Source of the DNA: Clostridia bacterium
GTDB taxonomy: Bacteria; Bacillota; Clostridia; Christensenellales; Borkfalkiaceae
Direction: 5' to 3'
Assembly: GCA_017507585.1 (NCBI GenBank)
Contig: JAFWAN010000003.1
Span: 1 to 60,226 of the forward strand
Length of the DNA stretch: 60,226 bases
Shown here: piece by piece, positions 18,715 through 28,303 of the stretch
Layout of the letters: every line of letters starts with the position of its first letter
Position numbering within the stretch: position 1 is the stretch's first letter
Translations under genes and position numbers: made by a program
Notes under the pieces: model-generated
Told to the model about the DNA's origin: nothing
Databases searched by the model: none
Seen by the model: the letters and a program-made list of their open reading frames with translations, nothing else

Positions 18715-21700
18715 TTATGCGTTTGCAACGGTCAAAACAACGTCTGCCGTGCCGGTTTCCATACAAACGATGAAGACAAAGGTCGCGCCTGCGTCAAGAG
18801 TTTTGGTGTAGCTTACACCTGCGTCTGCAAGCATATTCCAACCGTCACTGTAGAGTTGCGCTACGTCAGCCGAAATAACGAGCGTTGTTGCTTCCGTTAC
18901 CGTGATGGAAACGACGTAGCCAGGGTAAGCGTTTACCGTACCCATATCGTACTTACCTACGCCCGTCAAGACGTAGGGGTTCGCGGTAGTGCCGTTGCCT
19001 TCCATGGTCGTAACGTCGATGATAACCAATTCTTCAAAGGTTACGTTGATGTTCAAAACAGATGCGGACATATCTGCGGTTGCAACGAAGAGGTAAACCG
19101 TTTGACCTGCTACTACGTCAATGGATACGGTTGTATTTTCAACGTTAAAATCGTAACCGTTGACGGTATCGCTGAAGTTGAAATCGAAATTTGTGGAAGA
19201 GGTCGTTGCTTTCAAGGTACCGTTTGCGGTTGCCGTGTAAGCATAGATGGCACAATCCCATGCGGGTACGCTGTATTCCTTATCGCCAAGCTCCAACACA
19301 AAAGGTGCATTTCTGGTACCATCACGTTCGATTGTACCTGCTTCAAAGGCAACGTTGAAGGAAAGCTCTACCGCTTCCGTTGTTTCCCAAGCTGCAACGC
19401 CGATGTAGTAAGCCATACCGCCTACCACGGACATAATCAAATCGTCGCCCATAACAGGTGCATTTTCATAACCGAATGCCGCGCCGCACATAATGCTTGC
19501 GATGTCGCTACCGTTGGTGATGGTCAAGGTACCGTCTGCTGCAGGGGTATAAACGTACCATACGGCTACGGAATCGCCTGCATAGTTTGCGGTATAATCA
19601 CCCAACGCGGTAATGACGTGGGGATTGCCCTGTGAACCCAAAGGCGCCAACCATTTAATGTTTACAGTGTATTTACCATCCTTGGTTAAAGAAGCAACGT
19701 CAAGTTTTACCGTGTAGGGGGTATAACTGGAAAGGGTAACGTTGTTGGTGCCGATTACGTCGCCGTCAGCATTCATAACGATACAGTCAAAATCTGCCGT
19801 AAATACGTATTCGCCGTCGTTCCAAGGCATAAAGTTGTAGAGGACGTAACCAGTACTGATGTTGTCATCGCTGATATTGAGAGTGTTGTCATCTTCGTAA
19901 AGGTTACCTACGGGGGTAGGTGCTACAACGCCAGCCGATTTAATTTCGAGAGAGTTAGGCTCGTTAGGGCGTACTCCAAATGCGGAAAGCATCGCAAATT
20001 TAATCGTATAAGTGTCCGCGGGAAGCGTGTAGGTATAATCGTCATTTCTTACAATAGTAGCTTCGCTGCTATTGGTAATCGATTGGATGAAAAGGTTGCT
20101 AGCATTAAGCTTGTAAGGATTTTCTTCCGTGATGATCATAGATCTTATTGCCGTATCTGCCTCAATTTCCTCGGGGGAGAAATATAAGGTGTTGGAGCCT
20201 ACCTTCAATACAGTTGCGTAATCGAAATCGCCTTCGTTCTCGTCGTCATCGCCTCCAACGACCTCTTTTGCTTCGAAGGTATAGGAGATGATATGTGTGC
20301 CCTTGGAAGGTGCGCTAAGGTAGAATTCGTACGTGTCGCCTTTTGCAATATCAACCGAGAAACTGCCACCGTTCGGGGTGACGTTGGGATCAACGTAAGG
20401 ATTTTCATTAAATCCGCCGAAATCATGTTCTTCTTTATCAACCGCGCCGTAGCCTGCAGGGATGTTGAAGGTGTACGTACCGGATGCAGGGGCTTCAAAC
20501 GAAACCAACTGACCATCGAAGGTATTGTTGTCGGTGATTTCTACTGAAACAAATTCGCCTACGATGATGGGTGTCTTTACGTTGATGGATACCGACCAAA
20601 TTGTTTCATCAAGGTAGGTAAAGGCAAGAGTATAGCTACCTGGAACAATCTTGGAAACGTCGATGTATTTTTTACCGTCAACGTCGATGAAGATATATGC
20701 ATACGACGAGGAGTCCCCATCGTTGCAGGTCAACGTTGCATTGATCATACCGTTTACTTTGACCAGATCAAACGATTCGGTGGGTACAGCGTCAAACTCG
20801 ATGGAAACGTCTTCCATAGCTTCGTATTCAAGCGTTGCGCCGTTTTCTACCTCAAACGTAAAGCTCTTAGGCATATATACGCTGATGTCTTTTTCGTGTA
20901 CGTACGTTCTTTCGCCAACCGTTTGCGTTACGGCAAAGGTATACGTATCAGGGGAGGCGCCGTCGCGCATCGTGATCGTTTTGTTTGCTTGGTCGTAATC
21001 GTAGTCCACGTCCGCTTCGCCCGCATTGGTGCCTGCATCGTTGGTGTATGCGTCACACTGGATATTTAACGAGGTCAGTTCGAGGTTATCGCTGTAACCG
21101 AAACTTACTGACGTTTCGTAATATCGAACCGAATCGCCTTCGCCTTCTGCCGTATCGGTGTTGATGATTAAGCTGTTAAAAGTAAACGTATAGGTCTTCT
21201 TATCCGCATCGTGTACTACCACGTAATCACTTGCGGAAGATTCTTGGGAAAGGGTATACAGATTGAAGAGTACCGTTTCAGCACCCCAACCGTCTGCCAA
21301 CGTGGATACTGCAAAGTAGTAGCCTGCAAAGTTGTCTTCGTCTGCCGTAACAAATTGAGGGGTCACAACGCCGTCAAGGTGCAATTCTTCAAAGCCTTGA
21401 ATTTCGCCGTTTTCTACGTAGAACCAAGTCTTTGTTAAGGATTCAGCTTGGCCTAACTGCCATACGCCGCCCAAATCGCTCTTGTTGTAAACTTCGCTGT
21501 TGGAAAGGTGCTCTACGTAAGTAGCATTGTTGCCTAAGGTATAATGGATGGTAGCATTCAGATCCGAATATGCATTTTTGCCGTTTCCGTCTGCGATGCT
21601 CTTTGCAACGGAATTAAAGGAATAAACAACTTCACCGCCGTTGATATGGTTGCTTTGTGCAAGCATCGCGTTGATGACCGCTTCAATATTGTTTTTATCG

Positions 21701-22137
21701 ATAGGGGTTACCTGCGTATCGCAGCCGTCGCAGTAGCCTGCATCGTTGACAATGTGTACGTGACCTTCGCAAACGTCGCATACGCCGTCTTCATTGGCGT
21801 CGGTATGTAATTCGTGATTGGATTTTTCATCCGTGTGCGTACAGGTCGCCGCATACCAGTGGTGGGTATCGTCCTTGGACCAAGTTTCCTCAAACGTATG
21901 GGTGTGACCTACTTCGTAGTCGCAAACGTCGCACTTGCCGTCTTCGTTTGCGTCTGCGTGGTTGCCTGCATCCTTCTTTTCTTCGCCGTGTTCACAGGTA
22001 GCGGCGTGCCAATGTTGGTTTGCGTCTACCGTCCAGCTGTCGCCGAAGGTGTGTTCGTGCTGTTTACCAAGGTTACAAGCCGCAAAAGTCGTCGCGCTCA
22101 TCACCAAAGCCAGCAGCATAGGGATTTTCTTTTTCAT
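18715..22137 (-). CDS. Large lipoprotein, 1140 aa: N-terminal His/Cys repeat motifs + unassigned region + multiple beta-sandwich-like modules
   Basis: MKKKIPMLLALVMSATTFAAC has a lipobox. GGAGG RBS at 22146-22150. Two copies of HxHTFx3Wx2Dx3HWxAATCxHx9HxDANEDGxCDVC are present. Repeated strands include VSFEAPASGTYTFNI, VWYVYTPAADGTLTITN and AIYAYTATANGTLKATT. Confidence 0.85.
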   Translation of the reverse strand: MKKKIPMLLALVMSATTFAACNLGKQHEHTFGDSWTVDANQHWHAATCEHGEEKKDAGNHADANEDGKCDVCDYEVGHTHTFEETWSKDDTHHWYAATCTHTDEKSNHELHTDANEDGVCDVCEGHVHIVNDAGYCDGCDTQVTPIDKNNIEAVINAMLAQSNHINGGEVVYSFNSVAKSIADGNGKNAYSDLNATIHYTLGNNATYVEHLSNSEVYNKSDLGGVWQLGQAESLTKTWFYVENGEIQGFEELHLDGVVTPQFVTADEDNFAGYYFAVSTLADGWGAETVLFNLYTLSQESSASDYVVVHDADKKTYTFTFNSLIINTDTAEGEGDSVRYYETSVSFGYSDNLELTSLNIQCDAYTNDAGTNAGEADVDYDYDQANKTITMRDGASPDTYTFAVTQTVGERTYVHEKDISVYMPKSFTFEVENGATLEYEAMEDVSIEFDAVPTESFDLVKVNGMINATLTCNDGDSSSYAYIFIDVDGKKYIDVSKIVPGSYTLAFTYLDETIWSVSINVKTPIIVGEFVSVEITDNNTFDGQLVSFEAPASGTYTFNIPAGYGAVDKEEHDFGGFNENPYVDPNVTPNGGSFSVDIAKGDTYEFYLSAPSKGTHIISYTFEAKEVVGGDDDENEGDFDYATVLKVGSNTLYFSPEEIEADTAIRSMIITEENPYKLNASNLFIQSITNSSEATIVRNDDYTYTLPADTYTIKFAMLSAFGVRPNEPNSLEIKSAGVVAPTPVGNLYEDDNTLNISDDNISTGYVLYNFMPWNDGEYVFTADFDCIVMNADGDVIGTNNVTLSSYTPYTVKLDVASLTKDGKYTVNIKWLAPLGSQGNPHVITALGDYTANYAGDSVAVWYVYTPAADGTLTITNGSDIASIMCGAAFGYENAPVMGDDLIMSVVGGMAYYIGVAAWETTEAVELSFNVAFEAGTIERDGTRNAPFVLELGDKEYSVPAWDCAIYAYTATANGTLKATTSSTNFDFNFSDTVNGYDFNVENTTVSIDVVAGQTVYLFVATADMSASVLNINVTFEELVIIDVTTMEGNGTTANPYVLTGVGKYDMGTVNAYPGYVVSITVTEATTLVISADVAQLYSDGWNMLADAGVSYTKTLDAGATFVFIVCMETGTADVVLTVANA

Positions 22138-22212
22138 AGAAAAGACCTCCTAAAGTTATAATAATTTTTTTATTTTTTTTATTTTTCATACACACAAGCG
22201 TGTGTAATACAT

Positions 22213-22241
22213 ATTGTAGCACAGTTTTCAATTTTTTTCAA
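22213..22241 (-). promoter_or_regulatory. SigA-type promoter (TTGAAA-17 nt-TGcTACAAT, extended -10) for the 1140-aa lipoprotein gene
   Basis: On the minus strand the -35 TTGAAA is at 22236-22241, the spacer is 17 nt, and TACAAT at 22213-22218 is preceded by TGC. Confidence 0.55.
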
Positions 22242-22297
22242 TGATTATCCGTTGGGGGATGATAGAATTTACCGATAGGGATAATCGGTTTTGTGTA

Positions 22298-23827
22298 TTA
22301 AATATAATATCCGCACGCAAACAGCCATTGCGAATCCTCATACGCGTCGATGGCTTTACGGCTGTTGGTTTCCACCCAACCGTCACCGTCCGCAAAATAG
22401 CGTTGCGAAATGGAAAATTTTTGTAAAAATTCGGCAAGCTCTTCCGTAACGGGGCAAACGCCGTCGCTGTTGCAATAAGAATTGTACCCAGGCTTACGCA
22501 TCAATTCGACGGGGCAGGGGGTACAAATCGGCAGACAGTTTTCACAGCCGGGAGGACAAGCTTTATATAGCGTATTGCTCGTCTTATGGCAAGGGCAGTT
22601 ATCCACACAGTAGAACCCAGCGGACGCTACGGCTTGCCAACCCTCAATAAACTGTTTGTAATTTTCCGTACCATTCACGGTCAAAGCTTTGTTACCGCGG
22701 GATTCGATGTCGGTAAACGCTACGTCCAAGAAACGGCAAGGCTTGGTGATATACGCCACCAAAACGGGGCCGTAACCGTTCGTAGTAGGGTACAGCTCGG
22801 GATCGTACAGATGATAGACGCCGTCGCCGCCTGCCGCGATATCCCATACCTTGTAATTGTCCTCGTCGAACATATAGGAATCGGTCGTCCCCGGATACAG
22901 CGTTTCCGCACCTACAATCGTGCGCCCTGCAAGGCTGTTGAAGGTGGGAAAGTCGAATTTGGAAAGATCAGCGGTAGGTACCGCATACGTTTTGTTGTTT
23001 CTGTCTAAATCGAAATCGCCGTTGCGCTTGATGGCAAAGGTAATGGTAACGGGATAGATACCGCTTTTCGGTTCTGCAGAAACGGCAAAGGTAAAGGTTT
23101 GCGAGCCGCCGCCTGACGAACTGATCATTTCCGCCGCAATTTCAATGGTGTGGATAAAATTGCGGGTGTAGCTGCCGCACGCACCGACGTTTTCTACCTT
23201 GTAGGGGGCGTATTTGTAACTGCTGGAGCCGAAATAAGCCGTACAGATCGGGTTGATACCGTCATCGTGGACGTCTACCCAGCTTTCTACGGTATAGGTA
23301 CCGTTGATTTGCGGAGCAAACTCGAAATAGGTCGTATCCCCAGGCTCTGCAATGGTAACCGAATAAATGCCCGTACCGCTTGTATGATAGCAATCGTACA
23401 AGCCGCCGCCTGCGCCCGTTATGGGGTTTAAATCATACATATCAATGGTGACGTTTCTCGCATCGTTGGTCGCTTTGTAGGCGTTGGGGTCGTAGGCATA
23501 GCCATGGGGAACGCTGGAAAGCGTTACCTGATAATCGCCGTCCAAGCCGTCGATACGCGCCACGCCGTTTTCGTCTACGGGTGCAACGTGGATATTGTAC
23601 CCGTCGCGCCAATATACGTTGACGTTGACCATAGGCCGATAGGGCTGACCGTTTAATCGTAAGGTCGCCGTGAAATCGTTGGTGGGGTCGTCGTCCATTT
23701 CCGGTTGTACAACGCCGCCTTCACTGTTTCCGCTGTTGAGGGCAGGGTTGTATTCACCGCAAGAAAAGAGGAAACAGCAAAGGAATATAGATAAAAGCAG
23801 TAAAGCCGCTTTTCTCATAAATTTCAT
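22298..23827 (-). CDS. Lipoprotein, 509 aa, with Ig/carboxypeptidase-regulatory-like N-terminal module and Cys-rich C-terminal module
   Basis: MKFMRKAALLLLSIFLCCFLFSCG has a lipobox. AGGAGG RBS 9 nt upstream. The ATG overlaps the stop of the upstream vWA gene (ATGA). There are 12 Cys in a 52-aa stretch (FYCVDNCPCH...SDGVCPV). Confidence 0.8.
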   Translation of the reverse strand: MKFMRKAALLLLSIFLCCFLFSCGEYNPALNSGNSEGGVVQPEMDDDPTNDFTATLRLNGQPYRPMVNVNVYWRDGYNIHVAPVDENGVARIDGLDGDYQVTLSSVPHGYAYDPNAYKATNDARNVTIDMYDLNPITGAGGGLYDCYHTSGTGIYSVTIAEPGDTTYFEFAPQINGTYTVESWVDVHDDGINPICTAYFGSSSYKYAPYKVENVGACGSYTRNFIHTIEIAAEMISSSGGGSQTFTFAVSAEPKSGIYPVTITFAIKRNGDFDLDRNNKTYAVPTADLSKFDFPTFNSLAGRTIVGAETLYPGTTDSYMFDEDNYKVWDIAAGGDGVYHLYDPELYPTTNGYGPVLVAYITKPCRFLDVAFTDIESRGNKALTVNGTENYKQFIEGWQAVASAGFYCVDNCPCHKTSNTLYKACPPGCENCLPICTPCPVELMRKPGYNSYCNSDGVCPVTEELAEFLQKFSISQRYFADGDGWVETNSRKAIDAYEDSQWLFACGYYI

Positions 23828-26478
23828 ACTTTTTTACCTCCTTTCTTTTTTTGGAACCATCTCTTTATATCCGCCCATCTGGTTTTACGGATGAAGATAT
23901 CTACCAAGACCAGAACCACCGCCGTAATTAGCAAAGGCATACGGAAATTAAGTTCGTAGGTCGAAACGTCGTTTCTGTCGTTGGTCAGATCCAGCTTGCC
24001 GTCGGTGGAAATTTCACCGCTGCCGCGCATAAAATCGTGCAGGTTGGACACGTCGTATACGGCAAACGCATCGTATTCGGGCTGATATGCTACGTTGTAA
24101 TATACCTCGGAAACGAAGCGGTGCGTGCCGTAGGCATAGGTAATTTGGATATGATATCTTCCCGTTTTCGGCGTTTCAAAAGTGGTTAAATACCGATTGA
24201 GATCGAACGCCAGCGTTTCCTTGTATTCGGCACCGCTTGGATCGGTGACGACGACCGTTGCCTTGGCAAGCGGGTTCAGGTACGAGGGTACAATTTCTAA
24301 CGTTGAGTAATTGCCCTCGTAGGTGAAGTTCAAATTATAAGGATAATGAATGCGTTCGGGCGGGGTGTTGCTGGTCAATACGTTGCCGAAAAAATTCGTT
24401 TTCGTGTCCGTATTCCAGCCCTTTAACCAATCGCCTGAAAGGCTGGAGGTAAAGGAGGCGACTCTGCCGTTGCCGTGATCCCGATAGGAATAGAGGGGAA
24501 CCTGCGTGACGGTATCCGCATTCTTCTGATAATCGACCGACAATACCATATTGGCGTCGGGTTTTGCCTTGCTGTTGACGTACCCAAAGACGTTGGGCAA
24601 AGACAAAATTCCGTTGACGGTATCATCGCGGAAGGTGTTGATTGTGACCTTGCTTTCCTTTTCCACGATCGATTCCGTCAGCTCGTTTGCGATCGTTGCG
24701 AAAATCAAATCGGCTACGGCTTCCGCACGTTCGATAAGGTAGTAATTTCCGCCGCCGTTCGACGCGATCGCCGACAGCAATTTTACCGCTTGCGGTTCGT
24801 TGCCTGAAAGAATATTGACCGCGGAAACCGTAATGCCGTCCGCTTTCATATCCGAGGCGATTTTTGCCGCGTCTTCGGGTTCGTAGGTAAAGGTCAAGCC
24901 GTCGCTGATCAGCATAACCTGCTTTTCTGCGTAATCCAAATCCTTGATATGGTCGTACGCCATTTTTAAGGCTTCGCCGATAAAGGTACCCTGCGAAGGA
25001 GTAGCCGTTTGAATTTTCTCATACAGCTCTTCACGGCATTCGCCCAAAGGGGTAGGGATCTGTTCGATCCTTGCTTCTCCTGCAAGGGTAACGTAGGCAA
25101 CACAGTCTTCATCGTTGAGCAAAGAAAGCAATTTCAATGCCGCGTCTTTTGCGATGATGAGCTGTGACGTATCGTTCATACTGCGGGAAATATCAAGGAC
25201 GATGGTGTACAGCTTTGCGTCCTTGTTGGCGTTGCCGAAATTGACGGGCAACAATTCTTCCAAGCGTTCAAAAATTGGATCGTCCTTGTTTTGCATTTGC
25301 AAATCGCCAAGGGTGATTAGGCTCTTGCCGTATTCGGAAACCACTGCGTCTACCGAATCGACAAACGCGTAAATATTGTTGATTTTACGTACGTCTACGT
25401 TGGACAAAATGATTTCATCGTACGCGGAAAGGGCTTCTACCGTGTAAGGCACGTCGCGGTTAAAATTGTTGATGACGTAGGGGTCAAGCTCTGCCGTTTC
25501 TCTGTAAAGAGCTGTCAATTCGTTGACGTCGCTTTGTTTTTCCGTAACCAACAACACGTTGCGTTTGCCTGCAACCGTCTGCGTGAAGGTGTAGGCGTTG
25601 TTTTGCTCCGAGCCATCAGACGTCGCAGAAACGACTGCTTTGTAATCGAATACGCCTTCCGTATCTGTGAGAAGGTCAAACGTCGCTACGTTGATGCCTG
25701 CGTCCAAATGCAATACGGTGGTATTGATTTTTACGTATTCGCCGTCTGCATTTTTCATAAACAAATCCAACATTGCATCGTTGTCCGTGTTGGACTCGAT
25801 TTGGATTTGTACCTGCGTATCGTAGTTTAGATAGGTCGAGTGGGTATATTCCGCGCCGCTGATTTGTACCTCGTGGACGCCGTCTTCAAGATTGCTGTCA
25901 AGATAAACCGCGTCTAAACGGATATTTCTCGCCTTTAAGCGTTCGACTGCGGATACCAAATCTGCGTTGGCCGAAGCGGTATCCATACCGTCGGTCAATA
26001 AGATAATGCGTTTTAATTCGTTTTCACTAAAGAGCGTAGCGGTATAATCCAACGCGCCGACAATGTTGGTGCCGCTGGTATCTACCGTTGCTTCCTTGAC
26101 GCTCTTGATTTCCGTTCCCGACGAAGTCAATATCTTGCTGTCGTTGCCAAAGCATACGATCCCCAAACGGGAGTTGGGTGGCAATTCTTCTGCGATATTG
26201 GCGATATGCGCGTCAATTTCGTCAAGATTGCGGTTGGTAGAGTAGGAAAGGTCTGCCACGATATATACTTTCGTGCGCGTCATGACCGTGGTGTGAACAA
26301 GGCCTGCCGCCGCCAAGGTAACGCATACGGCAATCAAACAATGTATCACGAGGGAAGCAATCCAGCCCTTGTTGCGGTTATCCCTGCTGACGGAAACAAA
26401 ATACGGGATAAACAGAGCCAACAAAAGGGGGATGGCAAGCAGTAACCAATATGGATTATCGAAGCTGATATTTCTCAT
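23824..26478 (-). CDS. Membrane protein with two von Willebrand factor A domains (Bat-like), C-terminal TM helix
   Basis: The N-terminus MRNISFDNPYWLLLAIPLLL is hydrophobic (BatA_N-like). MIDAS-type DxSxS motifs occur in VADLSYS and VLDISRS. The C-terminal LLITAVVLVLVDIFI helix is followed by a basic tail. I chose the start at 26478; the ORF-track start at 26517 would give a longer overlap. Confidence 0.85.
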   Translation of the reverse strand: MRNISFDNPYWLLLAIPLLLALFIPYFVSVSRDNRNKGWIASLVIHCLIAVCVTLAAAGLVHTTVMTRTKVYIVADLSYSTNRNLDEIDAHIANIAEELPPNSRLGIVCFGNDSKILTSSGTEIKSVKEATVDTSGTNIVGALDYTATLFSENELKRIILLTDGMDTASANADLVSAVERLKARNIRLDAVYLDSNLEDGVHEVQISGAEYTHSTYLNYDTQVQIQIESNTDNDAMLDLFMKNADGEYVKINTTVLHLDAGINVATFDLLTDTEGVFDYKAVVSATSDGSEQNNAYTFTQTVAGKRNVLLVTEKQSDVNELTALYRETAELDPYVINNFNRDVPYTVEALSAYDEIILSNVDVRKINNIYAFVDSVDAVVSEYGKSLITLGDLQMQNKDDPIFERLEELLPVNFGNANKDAKLYTIVLDISRSMNDTSQLIIAKDAALKLLSLLNDEDCVAYVTLAGEARIEQIPTPLGECREELYEKIQTATPSQGTFIGEALKMAYDHIKDLDYAEKQVMLISDGLTFTYEPEDAAKIASDMKADGITVSAVNILSGNEPQAVKLLSAIASNGGGNYYLIERAEAVADLIFATIANELTESIVEKESKVTINTFRDDTVNGILSLPNVFGYVNSKAKPDANMVLSVDYQKNADTVTQVPLYSYRDHGNGRVASFTSSLSGDWLKGWNTDTKTNFFGNVLTSNTPPERIHYPYNLNFTYEGNYSTLEIVPSYLNPLAKATVVVTDPSGAEYKETLAFDLNRYLTTFETPKTGRYHIQITYAYGTHRFVSEVYYNVAYQPEYDAFAVYDVSNLHDFMRGSGEISTDGKLDLTNDRNDVSTYELNFRMPLLITAVVLVLVDIFIRKTRWADIKRWFQKKKGGKKV

Positions 26479-28303
26479 AGCAGTATACCATCCAATCCGC
26501 AATAAATAAAAGAGCAAGGCAAATAAACAGGATCAGTAAGGGATCATATTCCCCATCCGTCCGTTCGTATTGCTGCGTTCCGTGCAAGCTAAACGATTCG
26601 CCCTTTAAGGTCGGGTTGCTTTCGTTGTCGGGAGAGGAGGAATAAATGAGATAATTTTTCTCTTCGCCCGATACGCTAAACCGAATCGTGTACGTGCCGA
26701 CGCGCTCTAAATGCAACACGCCGATGTCGGCGGTGTTGTCAACGTAGATTTCCTCTCCGTCAGGGGAAATCGCCTTTACGTTTTTCATATTAGCCGTAAT
26801 ATTGATATTGACATCCTCGCCGCAAACGTAATCGGTGCGGTCGAGTACGTCGGGGCAGGAATAAGCAAGCAAGTTGCATACCAAGGGCTCAAAGTCGGTG
26901 GACATGGGCAGGTCGCTCTTATGCAGATCGAAACCAAACACGACTTCGCGATTGCCTAAGGCATTTACCCCTGCAAAAATCAGGGGATGTGCGTTGTAAG
27001 AAAACAGCGTGGTGAATTTGGTGTACATACCGCTGTATTTTATATATTCGGACAGGTAAATATCCTTCCCATTGATCCCTTGCAACAGTGTGCGCGTCGT
27101 GGTGGAGGTGGAGTCGGACTTCACCAATTCCACGGGATCGTCCGTTTCAATGATACCGCGGATACTAAAACCGGAATTGGCAACGCTCTTGGTTGAATTG
27201 ATCAGCCAAACAGCGCCGTCGGGCAAGGTATCAGGGGTAAACGAATGGAAAATATACAATCCGTAGCCTGCGTTGTTTTGATATGCGTCAGGTTCAATGA
27301 CGTCGATTTTTGAATCAGTATATACGTCCAAAGCCACTTGCAAGAAGAAGGGCGTTTCGCTGACGATCAAGATGCTGTACGCCGCTTCGCTTTGCTGGTT
27401 GTAACTGATGATTTCGTTGTCAAAGGACAGCGAGTCTTCATTTTCAATCACCAAACGGAAACTGTCGTATGCGTCCGTGTTTGCCGTTAAGGTAACGGGG
27501 GTAGCTTCGCCTTTTTTTACCGCAATATCTGCGGTTTTTGCAGGGGTAGTCTTACCGTTTACGTACAAGGAAACCGTCAAGGTTTCGTCCGTGGTATAGG
27601 AAATGACGTTGGCTTGCGCGGTTAAAAGATTTCCCGTCAAAGAGCCGTCGACGTCGCCGATTGCGTAATTGACGTCCGTGTCCGAGCCGAAACGGACAAT
27701 CTCCACGTTGTCGTGGGCATCGTACGTTTTGTCCGTGAATAAGGACACCGCAAAAGAGGGATTTTCGTTGAAATATTTTTGCGCCGCCGCAAGCGAATCG
27801 GTGTATTGCACCGAACCGTTGCTGCAGGTCAAATCGGCAAGCAATTCTTTTGCCAAAGCCTTGTCCGATAAACGTTCGTACGCGGTGGTCGTTTCAGTGG
27901 AAACGTGGATCAGCGTATACGTGCTGCCCAGGCGCGCGTCGGAAATTCTTTCTTCAATGGCTGCCTTTGCTAAGTCAAATCGGGTTTCTCGGTCCGATTG
28001 CATTTGCATACTGCCCGACGCGTCGAGGATGAAACAATATTCGAGCGCAGTGTTTGGCAATACGAAAATCGGGCGCGCAATCGCCAACGAAAGGACGGCG
28101 ATCGTGAGGATTTGCAAAATCAAACTGATGATGCCCGTCAAACCGCTTAAAGGGTTTCTGCGCTTGAAAAACCGTTCGCTCAACTCCCAAAGATAGGTGG
28201 AAGGTACGGTTTGTTCGTTGAATTTATTTCTAAGGATATAGATAATGATGACGATGGGGATGCCGATCAAGCCCAACAGCCCGAGGGGGAACAGAAATCT
28301 CAT
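26456..28303 (-). CDS. BatA-like protein (aerotolerance-regulator N-terminal double-TM domain + vWA domain)
   Basis: N-terminus MRFLFPLGLLGLIGIPIVIIIYILRNK. MIDAS motif ILDASGSM. C-terminal TM helix. ATGA overlap with the upstream DUF58 gene. Confidence 0.85.
   Translation of the reverse strand: MRFLFPLGLLGLIGIPIVIIIYILRNKFNEQTVPSTYLWELSERFFKRRNPLSGLTGIISLILQILTIAVLSLAIARPIFVLPNTALEYCFILDASGSMQMQSDRETRFDLAKAAIEERISDARLGSTYTLIHVSTETTTAYERLSDKALAKELLADLTCSNGSVQYTDSLAAAQKYFNENPSFAVSLFTDKTYDAHDNVEIVRFGSDTDVNYAIGDVDGSLTGNLLTAQANVISYTTDETLTVSLYVNGKTTPAKTADIAVKKGEATPVTLTANTDAYDSFRLVIENEDSLSFDNEIISYNQQSEAAYSILIVSETPFFLQVALDVYTDSKIDVIEPDAYQNNAGYGLYIFHSFTPDTLPDGAVWLINSTKSVANSGFSIRGIIETDDPVELVKSDSTSTTTRTLLQGINGKDIYLSEYIKYSGMYTKFTTLFSYNAHPLIFAGVNALGNREVVFGFDLHKSDLPMSTDFEPLVCNLLAYSCPDVLDRTDYVCGEDVNINITANMKNVKAISPDGEEIYVDNTADIGVLHLERVGTYTIRFSVSGEEKNYLIYSSSPDNESNPTLKGESFSLHGTQQYERTDGEYDPLLILFICLALLFIADWMVYCYEKYQLR

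Noticed and set aside
17920-19635. Plus-strand ORFs 17920-18624 (234 aa) and 18856-19635 (259 aa) opposite the lipoprotein genes
   Set aside because: They are antisense shadows of genes that have lipoboxes, RBSs and repeated modules. Their products are Cys/Arg/Gly-rich with no recognisable features.
22228-22437. Small ORFs 22228-22437 (minus) and 22241-22426 (plus) at the 3' end of the 509-aa lipoprotein gene
   Set aside because: They overlap the lipoprotein coding sequence and the internal promoter. There is no RBS and no conserved-looking sequence.
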